From positions 2,294,001-2,358,000 of the forward strand of contig CAVNZM010000008.1 of the NCBI GenBank assembly GCA_963693365.1: a stretch of DNA of 64,000 bases, read 5' to 3'. A model generated the notes under the pieces. That model saw nothing but the letters and a program-made list of their open reading frames with translations, searched no databases and had not been told where the DNA came from. Positions 37,249 to 50,348 of the stretch are shown in pieces. The position numbers were made by a program, and so were the translations under genes. The stretch's first letter is position 1. Every line of letters begins with the position of its first letter. Origin of the DNA: Amoebidium appalachense (taxonomy: Eukaryota > Protista > Ichthyosporea).

Positions 37249-39989
37249 TTTCCATACTGACTCGGTTGGTGTAGTATGTCGATCGATACCACTAGTGATT
37301 CGATTCTGTGGAACATTTATTGGCTGCATGGGCCATGGGTGGTGACTGATATCATCGGCTGGTGTTATGGTGGCATGCCTAGTTACCTGGCACATGCATA
37401 ATCGGTTCATATTAGGGCAAGGTCCGTATCTACCTTTTTCGACGCGATCGAGGTTGATCCGATCGAGGATTTCAAATGAGCCTGACACGGGTATGACTCT
37501 CTCGAATCTATCGATCATAATTACGCAATGAGGGTGTAACGTCATTGGGCCTCTTTTTACGTCACCCCTCGATAACGTCATTATGATCGATAGATTCGAG
37601 ACATTCACAAGCCGTGCCAGGCCTATGTGAAATCCTTGATCGGATCAACCTCGATCGGGTCCAAAATGGTAAATATGGAGGTTGGCATAAGTTTGCTGAT
37701 GTGCTTGGCCTTTTTTGGCTGGCAAGAGTGGTTGGAAGCTATGTGGTGTGTGTTGATATGGCATGGATACGGATATCCGATAGATGAACACCACCACCAC
37801 GCTGATATATGCTCCATACCACAAGAATGTGCTGGATATTTACGTTCTCCTCTATCCCTACCGTGAGCCTGCATGGCATATTTAGCATGTAGACTGAAGA
37901 AACCATCAAAAAACACAGGAAACATGCTTGCGTGCATGTAATTGCTGGCTGGCAAGAAGATGCAGAATGACTGCATTTGTGTATGTGCCTGTGAGTGTGT
38001 GTGCACACATTTTGGGGTGGAGGAGTGTTGGAGGGGAGTGGTGGTGGTTTGAGGGGGAGAGGGGGGGGGGGGGGGGGGGGGAGGGGGGAATGAGGGGAAA
38101 TGGGGTAGGGAAGGGGAGGGGGGGGGGGAGGGGGGGCTTTTTCCTGAGTGGTGGGTGAGCTTCACTTGTATTTTTATTTTAACTTTTATTTTTTTATTAT
38201 ATTTTTTTTTTGCCCTTTGCTGTTCTGACAGGGTGCTTGCCCCTGCAGTTACCGGGGCAGCGCAGGTCAAGTTTCTGACCCAAGACGAAGAAATGCTGCA
38301 CCGTGCCGCGGAACAATTTCTGGGCAAAACTGTAAATTAACCCCCCCCCCCCCCCCCTCTCCCCCTTTCTTTTTCCCTCCCCTTTTTCTCTAAGTCTCAT
38401 AGGTGAAACTCTTATGAACGCGGGAAATATGTCTGCAAAGTCGTCTGCGTTTTCATTGCTGCTCCTGCGCAAACCCGTTAGCGAACCCACCCACTACTCC
38501 CCCCGCCATTTTTTTCCCCCACCTAACATCAAAAATTATAAATCTTAAAATATCCATTCCAAATATTCTTCCTTTTCCGTTTGTGTGCGTGGGTAAAGCC
38601 ATTAACAACCCACTCTTTCCTCTCTTCTTTCCTTTTTTTCAGCTCAGCTCTTAGAAACCCCGTGACTAACTCAAATGTTTTCGTGCCATTCATTGTCTTG
38701 TCACAATCCATTTTCCTTTTCCTGTTCTCCTTTTCCCGGATTTTCGATAGTTGAAGGCATAAGGTTGCCCCATTTTTTTTCTTGTCGTATTTCGTTTTCC
38801 GTTTTTATTTTCCTGGTTTTTGACTGTCTGGACAGGTTGCGGAGGTGCAGAATGTGGTTCTGCAGACGCTGGAGGGCCACCTACGGGCCATCTTGGGGTC
38901 GCTGACTGTGGAGGAGGTCTACCAGGACAGGGAGAAATTCGCACAGCAGGTGTGTGTGTGTGGGCGGGTGTGTGTGTGTTGTGTGTGTGCGCGTGTGCAT
39001 GTGCGTGTGTGCGTACACGTGTGTGTGTGTGTTGTGTGCTTGTGTGTTCTTACTTGTGTCTGTGTCTGTGTGTGTGTGGGGGGGGGGGGGGGGGAGGGGG
39101 GGGGGTTGGCGGGCGGCTGGGAAGAGGAGTAGGGAGGGGCGGAGGGCAGGAGGAGGCTGGCTTTAGTGTGTGTGTGATTGAGTGTGGGTTGGTGTGTGGG
39201 TGGAGTGGGACGATGAGAAGAGCAGAGGAGTTGGAGGGGAAAAGGGAGAGGAGGACTTGAGGAGTTTTGGGAGGTAGCAGCGCGGGGGGTGGGGGGGGGG
39301 GGGGGGGGGGGGGGGGGCTGTGGTGGAGGGACTGCCCCAAATAGGGTGGAGGGGGGAATTGTTTGGGGGAGGGGGGGGGAGGGGGGGGGGGGGGGGGGGA
39401 TGTGGAGGAGAGTCTCATGGAAGGATGTGTGAATGGTATAGTTGGTACCGTAGGGAATGTGGGGGGGGGGAAAGAAAAAGATTAAGAAGAAAAGAGACTG
39501 AATTGAAGTTTTCTGACGGGGAAGAGTGACTGTGGGAGCATATGTAACAACTAGGAACACAGCACAGCCAGAAACACGAAACACACAGTCAAACACATAT
39601 GCACACACATTGTCTGTTTTTCTTCCATTCTTTGCCTTCCGTACCCTTCCGTCGTGTCTCTCTTTCTATCTCCCCCTGTCTTTCCATCTCTCTCTTTCTC
39701 TGCATGCCCCCCCTAACCCCCCTCCCCCCTCTTCCCTTCGCCCTCCTCCAAACACACACACACACACGCACGCACACGCACACACACACACACCTTGACT
39801 GTACCCAAAGGTACGGGAGGTAGCGGCACCCAATGTAGCCCGCATGGGCATCGACATTCTCAGCTTTGTCATTAAAGACGTCAGTGATGAGGTGAAGAAC
39901 CCCCCCCCCCCCCCCCCCCCATGATGCATACTCTGTGTGCGTGCTCTCACAGAAATCTGCAATGTGTTTTTTCCGTAGAAAGGGTCTCT

Positions 39990-40065
<76 letters not shown>

Positions 40066-40370
40066 CCCCCCCCTCCCTCCCTCCCTCCCTCCCTCCCTCC
40101 CTCTCTCTCCCTCTCTCCCTCTCTCTCTCTCTCTCTCGCTTCCCCCGTCCCCCCCGTTCCCCCTCTCTCCTCGCCTGCCCACTCACTAGCTACGGCACAC
40201 ACACACACACACACACGCACACACACACACACAGGTCGACTACCTCAACTCGCTTGGCAAGAAACGTACAGCCGAGGTCAAGCGTGATGCCGACATTGGT
40301 GTGTCGGTGGCTGAGAAGGAGGCTGGCATTAGGGTCGATGCCCCCATCCCCCCCCCCCTCCCCCCCCCCC

Positions 40371-40415
<45 letters not shown>

Positions 40416-40539
40416 CCCCCCCCCCCCCCTTTTTTTTTTTTTTTGGTTTGCAATTCCTACGTTCTGCAAGAGGATAGCAACAGCGGGAGAGGGTAGTGAC
40501 AATTGTCAAGCGGCTACATCCTTGCTGGCACACACATAC

Positions 40540-40616
<77 letters not shown>

Positions 40617-41025
40617 GTTCGAATCGCGCAGGCAATATACCGGCACACATAAGCACACGTACGCGTTCCGATCGGGTACGCGCGGCGGCAGGGGGATGGG
40701 GGGGGGGGGGGGGGGGGGGGGGGGGAAGCTCAAGGGAAGGGAATAGAGGTCAGTCTCGGTAAGTTTGACTGTTGTTTATGTGGTTATTGTGGGCAGGCAA
40801 TGAAGGGAGGACAGTATGGAGGTGTGGACGTGATATGAGAGAGGGTGAGTGGGTGGGGGAGGGTGTATGTTGAAAATTTGGGGTTTTTCAGGAGTCGGAG
40901 GCAGAGAGGGCCCACCAGGAGGTGAAATTCAAGGCCGACACGGCCATAGCAGACAGCAAGAGCAAGTATGAAATCCAGAAGTACCAGTTTGCCCAGGAGG
41001 TCAACAAAGTCGTATGTATCCTGTG

Positions 41026-41061
<36 letters not shown>

Positions 41062-41147
41062 GTACACACAAGGGTTTATGCACTGCATGCGCGCGCACAT
41101 GCACAGGTGAGCCTCTCACGCTTGTGGTCAAACGCATATCCACAGAA

Positions 41148-41186
<39 letters not shown>

Positions 41187-41645
41187 CACACACACGTACG
41201 TAGATGTAATCCTTTAAACATAATGCATGTGTACATACAGGGACACATACCAGCAATTCACGTGCGCACGTGCGTTTAAAACATTCTTAAACGCGCATAT
41301 AGCGCCACCCCTTCCTTGCCTATCAACTACCTCTCAAGATCGTCTGCCTGTCACTCTGATTGCTGATACCTTTCAAATCTCCCCCCCCCCCCCCCCCCCC
41401 CGTCCTCTCCTGGTCCCTTCTCTTCCTTTCTGCTCTCCATGATCCCTCTCCGTGTTCTTCGCCCCATGCACCCACACCGACCTGATTCAGGAATTCAGTT
41501 GTGTGCCTTTTTTTCTTTGCTGGATGATTACAGCGCTTCCCTGTGCTAACGTCACTCGTGTCCCCACAACCAGCGTGCTGACGCGGAGTTGGCATACAAA
41601 TATAGGGTAGGTCATACTGACCCCCTCCCCCCCCCCCCCTCCCCG

Positions 41646-41677
<32 letters not shown>

Positions 41678-41869
41678 GGGGTTCTTTTTTCACCCTTTTC
41701 GCAGCACCATAACCTAAAAGGCTCTGAAGCTTTACACTGTGGGCCACCCACTTCTCCCCTTTGTAGCCTTTTTACTGAGATGTAGTAGAGTCACTATCGT
41801 GCAGGGGTTAACCTAAAAACGGAGAGAGAGCTGTGCTTCTGGGTGGGCAGGTGGGCCCGGGTGGTGATA

Positions 41870-41911
<42 letters not shown>

Positions 41912-42608
41912 GTATGTGTTGGAGGGTGTGTGTGTGTGGGGGGGGGGGAGGGGGTAGAATTCCTCGATACCTCTGCCAGGACATTATGCCATTGTTTTAC
42001 ACGACCCCCCTCCCCTTCCTTCCCCTCCCCTTTCCCTTGCGGCACTTCCACTCGCTATGGAATCTTTTCCCTCCTATGCCTTCAACCCCCCTCCCCCCTC
42101 CCCCCTCCCCCCCCCCCCAACACAAAAAAAAACAAAAAAAAAAAAACGATCCCCACCCCCACCCCAACGTTCCGCGTTTTTACCCGGAGACATAAACACC
42201 TTCCCACTACCCTCACCCATCTCCTAGTCCCCCCACCTGATATCCTAATAACATGTTCTAACATTCGTTCTTTCTTTTCTTCCTTTCACTTTCCCTTTTC
42301 TCGCTTTCCTTTATCATTTTACAGGAGGCGCAACTCAAGCAAGACATCCGCAAAGAGGAGATACAGATAGACGTAGTGGAGAGGCGCAAGCAGATAGAGG
42401 TAGAGGAGCAAGAGATCAAGAGGAAGAAACACGAGCTGGAGGCCACGGTCACACTGCCTGCTGAGTACGAGAGATACAGGGTGGAGGCTATAGCATCAGG
42501 CACAAAGTGAGTGCTAAAAGGGGTGTTGGTGTGTGTGGTGTGGGTCTGTGGGTGTGTGGGTGTCTCTGTGTGTGTGTGGGTGTATGTGCAGGATGGAGCG
42601 GGCGGGGG

Positions 42609-42642
<34 letters not shown>

Positions 42643-42928
42643 GGTGAAATGCGGGTGCCATGAGATTGGGTGGCATCGTGATGTCATTGGGATGGGGTTT
42701 CTGTTGAGTGCCGTGATGGTATTGTTGGGGTGTTCATGCGGGAGAGATTAGGGCAAACGGGGGGGGAAGGGGAGGGGTAGTTAAACGTTTTTCTTTCTTT
42801 TGTTTCCCTTCTGCTCCTGTTTCTATTCTTTGTTTTACTGGTGTAGGTTTTTTCCATAGTGGTAGTATGGGCAGGCCACATGGGCTATCTGTAGCCACAG
42901 CAGCACTGGGCACATGCCAGGGAAGATT

Positions 42929-43024
<96 letters not shown>

Positions 43025-43577
43025 ACGCGTGTGTGTGAGAAACCCGTTTGTGTGCATGTGGACGAACCTGTATGTTCGTGCATGTGCATCTATAACAATT
43101 CTGCATGGGCATGTGGATGTACCTGTGCCTCCGAATTTGTGTGTGTGTGCCCCCTTTTTGGTGTGTGTACTTTCAAGTTAGTTGGTATTGGCCCTAACCA
43201 CCTACAACCCCCCAGAACCAAAGTCATCTCAGAGGCCGAGGGTCAAGCTGAAGCTATCCGGGTATATTCCTCCTCCTCCCCTCTCCCCCCTCCCCCCCCC
43301 CCCCCCCCCCCCCTCCCCCCTCCCCCCCCCCCCCCTCCCCCTCCTCCGTCCCTCCCCCCAATTCCCCCAAAGGCTTCTCCAAAAAAAAAAGCCAACAACA
43401 ACTATTACAGTAATAGACACAGAAACGCACATACAGTGATATACGACATGTACACACGGGCATTTCGACAGGCATACTCGTGTACACACGCCAAAACCCT
43501 TTTTCTTTCTTTGTCTATTCTTTTTCTTTCTTTCTTTCGTTTTTTTTTTTTTTTTTTTTTTCTCCTCTTCTCTCCCC

Positions 43578-43618
<41 letters not shown>

Positions 43619-43658
43619 GGGCCTACCTCTTTCATGTGTGTGTGTGTGTGTGTGCGCG

Positions 43659-43695
<37 letters not shown>

Positions 43696-44341
43696 GCCGT
43701 CCATGCAGTACCTTTGTCGTTTCGATAGCTGTATGACATTGATTCAACATCATGCAATGCTATCACGCACTGAGCAAGCTTCACATATTGCTGCACGCAG
43801 ATATCCCCTCCCCCCCCCCCCCCCCCCCCCTTCCCCCCTTTCCCCCCTCCCCACCCACCCACCATCCCCACCTACCCCACCCACCCCAAGGGGAATAGGT
43901 CGAAACTCGGGTACTGTGGATGACGTGGGCCCCCCCTGAGGATGGGCTCTGCTTATTATGCATACTCTTTATGTATGGCTTGCATTCTGCATCGTGTTAT
44001 CCGTTTGTTCTTGTGTACTTCGTACTTTTTGACGCATTCAAAACCCCACCCTTCTCCCCCTCCTCCTCCCTCCTCCCTCCCCTTTGAAGAATGGGCTCTA
44101 CTTATGATGTATGCTGTGTGAGAAAAATCGGTATTGTGCTGTCGGTTGCAAATGTGTTCTTTTTGTACGCTGTAACACATTCAAAACCCCTTTGCCTTCC
44201 GTCCCGTAGTCTGCCTGACTCCCCTTTTTTCAATGGTAGTGCATCTTCCTCACTTTTCCTTCTTGTTCTATCTCTTCCACGCTCACCATATTCCCTCTCA
44301 TTTTATCCATTCTTCCTTTTCGTGTTATATCTTGTTATGCC

Positions 44342-44423
<82 letters not shown>

Positions 44424-44605
44424 CATTCATGCGTGGTGCTCTCTAATGCAACACCTACATTGTATTGTCCGTCGTGAAGGTGTACTTCGTTCTCTGAACA
44501 CATTCTTACCCTTCTTCCCCCCCTCCCCCCCCCCCCCCCCCTCCCCTCCCCTCCCCCCGAAAACACACACACACACACATGCACGCACACATGCGCGCGT
44601 GCGCG

Positions 44606-44663
<58 letters not shown>

Positions 44664-45979
44664 AGCTACGGGGCAAAGCCGAGGCCACAGCCATAGCAGC
44701 CAGGGGGCAGGCGGAGGCAGCAGCCATGATGGCCCGTGCAGAGGCGTACGAGAGATACGGCAATACGGCAGTGGTGTCCATGGCCCTCGAGGCACTGCCC
44801 AAGGTACATGCACGTACATGCACGTAGATGCACGTGCACACGTACACGCACATACATACACGTGGACACGTACATGCACGTAGATGCACCTACATGCATG
44901 AGGACACGTACATGCACGTACATGCACGTACATGCACGTGCACACGTACGTGCACGTAGATGCACGTACATGCACGTGCACACGTACATGCACGTACATG
45001 CACGTGCACACGTACATGCACGTAGATGCACGTACATGCATGAGGACACGTACATGGACGTACATGCACGTAGACACGTACAGCAATTACAAAACATGCA
45101 CGTACGTGCACGTGACACGTATACACACGTACATGCGCGTACATGACATGCAGACACGTACACGCACGTGCATGCACGTGGATACGTACATGCACGAACA
45201 TGTACGTGGACACGTACATACGTGTAGACATGTGCACACGCGCAGACGTTCACACATGTTTGCATGTTGACACGTTAATGCACGCTCAGACGTGCAGACA
45301 CGAACGCACACGTGGAACCACACACACATGTAGATACGGACACATGTATGCACAGGGAGACACGTGCACACGCATAGACACGTATGACATGTAGACACCT
45401 ACACGCCTGTGAACCGACACACGCGTAGACGCGGTACACTCAGACACGTCCAACGCTTACACGTACACACACACAGACCCTTAGCACACATGTTCGTTTG
45501 TGCACTCATACGGGTACACACAGACATAGGATGCAAACAAACACGTGCACACCTTCAGGGTCTGCACATGTATGCAACCACACATACACGATGATGCTTC
45601 CACACGTACATACCCCACAGGCAGAGAAAGACACATGCACGTTCTGGTGCATTTTCTCATGTGCACGTGTACACGGGGCACTCATGCACACACTTGCACA
45701 TAAACATGAACACACATGCATACCTGCAACCTGTGCGTGTGTGCACACGGGCGTAAACGCACGCACACCCGCGCACACGCACACTCCGAGGAAGATGACG
45801 AGAATGAGTGTGGGTGTGGAAAGAGAGATGAGAGAGTGTGTGGGGGTTTGTGTGTGTGTGTGTGTTTGTGTATGTACATGTTTACGAGTCGTGCCTTTGC
45901 GCCCCCTCCAGCCCGTGTTTGCGCACCTTTGCACCCACACACATAGAGGAAGGAGAGAGGGAGTGAAGGGACGAGAATA

Positions 45980-46049
<70 letters not shown>

Positions 46050-46299
46050 CACTAACACTAACACCACTGATGCCATGCAATAGATTGCTGCCGAGCTAGC
46101 TGCCCCTCTGGGCAAGACCGAACAGATCATCCTACTACCCGGGTCCACCACCCAGAGGTCAATTCCCCTTTCCTTTTTTCTCAACCTTCTATATTCATTG
46201 GGATTAGGCCATCATCCCCTTCCCCCCCCCCCCCCCCCCCCCCCCCCCAACCACCACCACCACCACCACACACACCCACCCCAAATAAGCATACGCGCG

Positions 46300-46330
<31 letters not shown>

Positions 46331-47042
46331 GCACGCACGCACACACACACACACACACACACAAGCAAAAGCAAAAAAAAGGAAGAACGTAAGACCCCCC
46401 TCCCCCCCCCCCCCTCCCCCCTCCCCCCCCCCCAAAAAAAAAAAAAATTCCCCCCCCCCTCCCCCCCCCCCCCCCCCCCACCCACCCACCCACCCACCCA
46501 CCCACCCACCCCACCCCTCAAAGAAAGAAGAACACCGCACGCTGCACCATAACCCTGCCTGTATTCTCATGTACAACCCCTCCTGCTAGAGCATAATGGC
46601 ACCCACTCCTCCTTCAATGGTGCGTGATCCCGGGGCCTGGGGGGCCGCGCTGCAGTAGAAATCTTATCGAGCCATTTTTCATGACAGATAAGACATTTTT
46701 ATGCTGAAGCACATTCACACAATTCCAGTAGGGTCGATAAGTTGGTTCCATGTATGATAGCAACTTTCTATTTTGGTCTGTGATGCCACTGAATTCATTA
46801 TTTGGCCATTCACCGCACCACACATTGTTTTCAATGTGTTGTCAGCCAACATGATTCGATGAAATGAGTTCCATATAAGGAAGCAACCATTGGGATTTAT
46901 TTCTTGTTATTGTTTCATATTCAAATGTCGGTAAATGACATTTGACTGATTGTGTGATACCTCCCCCCCCCCCCCCCCCTCCCCCCCTCCCCTCCTCCTC
47001 CTCCCCCTCCCCTCCCGATTCCATGGGCGCACGCACACACAC

Positions 47043-47123
<81 letters not shown>

Positions 47124-47210
47124 CACCACTGCCGAGCTCACCAAGCTCATTGCCCAGCTGCCTCCATCCATCCAGGCCGTGTCTGGAGTGGATGTGTCCA
47201 AGGTGGGTGC

Positions 47211-47285
<75 letters not shown>

Positions 47286-47555
47286 CTCCCTCTCCCTCTC
47301 TGTCCCCTCCCCCTCCCTCCTCCGCCTCCCCCTCCCCCCCCCTCTCCCTCCCCCCCCCCCCCCCCATCCCTCCCTCCCTCTCCCTCTCTCCCACATATTT
47401 CTCCCCTCCCCCATCCCTGCCTCCCTCTCCCCCCCTCCCTCTCTCCCACATATTTCTCCCTCGCTCCCTCCCTCCGTCCCTCCCTCCCCCGCGCTCCCCT
47501 TGCAGATCCCTCCCCAACCACCCACCCATTCATGCTCATACACCACACACACCCG

Positions 47556-47597
<42 letters not shown>

Positions 47598-47891
47598 ACA
47601 CAGATGGGGGGAGGAGGTGGGGGTGGGGAGGAGGGGGTGGAGGAGGGAGACAGTCCCCTCACCTCCTCCCTCTCCACCACCACACACACGCACACAACAC
47701 ACACACACATGTACACACAACACACACGCACACACGCACACACACACACACACACATCTAACCAGCGTAGTCTCTCATGTAGTGCATATAGTCACGGTGC
47801 CCCGCCTAACATAGGTGCCCACTTGCAGGTATTCCAGAAGGGCATAGGCTCGGGCACAACCACAACGCCTGCACCCGTCACTGTTCGATAA
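35322..47891 (+). CDS. FLOT2: Flotillin (reggie), flotillin-2-like, 15 coding exons, 440 aa
   Basis: Exons 35322-35376, 36178-36259, 36763-36836, 38249-38331, 38836-38949, 39811-39891, 40235-40333, 40892-41011, 41574-41606, 42325-42506, 43216-43261, 44666-44803, 46084-46157, 47124-47202, 47829-47891. All are GT-AG and phase-consistent (1323 nt). Motifs [46 protein letters not shown] and AEA repeats. Gly2 myristoylation site as in FLOT2; orthology to FLOT2 versus a pre-duplication flotillin is not established. Confidence 0.96.
36958..37210. repeat. Tandem triplication of a ggagtaaggag-(G)n-tcttttcc-(T)n-gttcttctgaa unit
   Basis: Two complete units and one partial, with differing homopolymer lengths, in flotillin intron 3. 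Confidence 0.85.
37415..37687. mobile_element. Foldback MITE (~270 bp), possibly PIF/Harbinger-Tourist type
   Basis: Arms are inverted complements over ~120 bp, e.g. cgatcgaggttgatccgatcgaggatttca / tgaaatccttgatcggatcaacctcgatcg and ctcgaatctatcgatcataat / attatgatcgatagattcgag. Flanked by TTA and TAA. Confidence 0.75.
43908..44190 (+). mobile_element. Poly-C-terminated repeat: young copy (43908..44047) followed by a diverged tandem copy (~44085..44190)
   Basis: The first copy is identical to 7326..7465. The second shares ga(a)gaatgggctct…cattcaaaacccc. Confidence 0.85.
44804..45480. repeat. Degenerate 10-bp minisatellite (GTACATGCAC)n starting at the splice donor of flotillin intron 12
   Basis: Directly visible. 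Alternating purine-pyrimidine sequence rich in CACGTG/CATG/GTAC palindromes, decaying towards the 3' side. Confidence 0.9.
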
Positions 47892-49907
47892 AATCCTCCC
47901 AGTGCACTATGCAAATAGTACATATACGATCGCCAAAGTTAACATTTATTTACAGACAACATCCAAATTAATATAAAAAGGTTAACAAATTTGCAGACTG
48001 AGTCCAGTTTATCAAAGGTTAACGAAAATTTGCAAAAAACATATAACCCACCAACGGCTAACAGCACTACATACGCTTGCACCTGAACTTCATAGCGGGC
48101 TGGTTCCTTTTTTTTTGACTATCATTCTCTCTAGGCAAGAACCAATTCGTTTTCTTTCCTATTACCAACTTTTTTTACTGGTTTTTTTGGCGTTCGGTTT
48201 GTGTTTTGTATGCCTTTATATACTTTTATGGTGGAATATTTTTAAACAGTTGTATTTCTAGTTAGTACACTCCGTAGCCTGTTATTAAACATAGATCACA
48301 TGAGCATAGTTTGCACATGCCACTGGAGTGTATTTCATTTGCCAGCCGGCAACAACTTGACATTGATCTGTAAAAGGAAACAGGGACATTGATCTGTAAA
48401 AGGCAAAGGGTGCTGGTCACAAACAGTCCCCTCCAAGTAATTATGAATTGCGCCCTGAGTAGACTTAGTTCTTCTTGAGGCCTCCTGGTTACCTTCCCCC
48501 CCCCCCCCCCCCCCCTCCTCCCTCCCTCCCTGCCTCCCTTCCTCCCTCCCGCAGGGGTAGTGCAACCACTCAAAAACAATTGTGCATGCCGGGATATGTC
48601 TTCCCCTCTCCCCTGCGCGCGCGCGCGCACACACACACACACATATAGATGAAAACTATTGATTTTATAGCTTTTTTTAAGTGTGTGCGGTTAAAATTTG
48701 TGATGCATGTGTTCTGTCTTTTTTTGGCTAGAAACGTACATGCGCACAGGTGCACATGCAGAATACAAGTTTTGGCCATGTTCATGATCATGCACGCCGC
48801 GATTGCGCAGACTCTGAACGCAGTACTCCTTGTGAATATTATCAACCCCACCACTGATGTGACTTGCGCCGCTCTTGCACAGGTCACTGTCTCCCATCGC
48901 AAGGCACAAGAATTTAGTTAACGAGCATTTATAGCCAACGAAAGTTGTAGACTCACCGTGTTCTGTCACAAACACCTCAATAAATACAGGGAATGTTGTC
49001 GACATGCATACGAATTTACCGATATGCAAAAAAGCACCTGTGCCTGCGGATGTCGAATTGGAGCTGTGTCAGTGCACGTGCACCAGATTGGGTTAGATAG
49101 CTAACAATATCGTGGCCCTTACTGTGCAACAAGCAGAATGCACTACATACAAAAACAGGGCAGCTTAGGACAATCTCGACGTTTATCTGTTGGCACAAAA
49201 AATGTCTGTGAACGACTCCAGCTGATATGATGCTTCATGACAGCAAAGCTCACCTGTGAACCATGATGAATTTGTTTTATGTGAAAAATGACATATATGA
49301 AAAAGGCATGCGTGACTGTGGCCAAATGTGTCTGTTGACCTTGTCGAAACGAAAAACGAACGAGTGAGTAGCAAAACGTCGACAGTGAAAAATTAGCTTG
49401 TGGACCAAGTCGATTGTTACACGGTCGTTTCCCAACGTTCCATCCACTTGTGTACTACCGTGTTTACCAACGGCAGCAAAAATAATAGCCAGCCACCTCC
49501 TGCTTCAGAAACTCCTCTTGTGTAATGGTATGACCCTCATGCTCTTGTTTCAATTCTTCGACTGTATACGTACGGTGGGGAGACCTGGGTAAAAAACCGT
49601 ACCATGAAAGGAAGCATGGGGAAATGAGCTAAAGAGCCCCGGTACCAGGGAGAATTGCTGTACCTGTTGTACCTGTTGTGAGCATGAACCGCGGCGTTTC
49701 AAAAGCTACAGAATATTTATTCTCATTCAAGAGACAGCCCAACAGTCTTCGTTGGGTATTGGTGCGCCAGCACACCTCGCAAAAATCATACACAATACTC
49801 GCGACCTACGTTAATATTCGTAAGGGGTGGGTGGGTGGGTGGGGTGTGCAGCAACACCAAGGCCGGTCTGCCCGGTGGGTCCAACAGACACACACACACA
49901 CACACCC

Positions 49908-50348
49908 TCAAGCGTTGACAGACACGAAGGCACTGCCGAAGTTTAGCGACTGCGTCTTGGGTGAAGGCGTCTTCGTTTCATTCGCGTTGATTGCATTCTC
50001 ATCCCCAAACACAAGCAGCAATGGGCCTCTCTCTTGTGTGCGGTAACACACACAGCCTGGGTCGACCCACAGCGTCAGCTCCTTGGGCAAACATTCGGAA
50101 AGGTGAGAAATACCGACGATCTCTGCCACCTCCGCAAGCAACGGATCCATCTTAAACGGGTGGATGCGTAGGCAACGGTTTCCTGAACCCCTCAGTGGCT
50201 CTGCTGGGTGCCAGCCTGCGACGTAGCATTTTTCAAACGTGTCGACCAACAGGCGTTGAAACTCGACTACTTTCTCGCCGGAAACCTGGCCGGAGCGCGT
50301 GAGAAGAGTGCCAAGAAAGTTGGCTGCTGCTTCGACTTCTTGGCGCAT
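49908..50348 (-). CDS. BTG: BTG/Tob (APRO) family antiproliferative / deadenylation-adaptor protein, 146 aa
   Basis: N-terminal MRQEVEAAANFL, box A-like YVAGWHPAEPLRGSGNRCLRI..KMDPLL and box B LPKELTLWVDPGCVCYR. Confidence 0.93.
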   Translation of the reverse strand: MRQEVEAAANFLGTLLTRSGQVSGEKVVEFQRLLVDTFEKCYVAGWHPAEPLRGSGNRCLRIHPFKMDPLLAEVAEIVGISHLSECLPKELTLWVDPGCVCYRTQERGPLLLVFGDENAINANETKTPSPKTQSLNFGSAFVSVNA

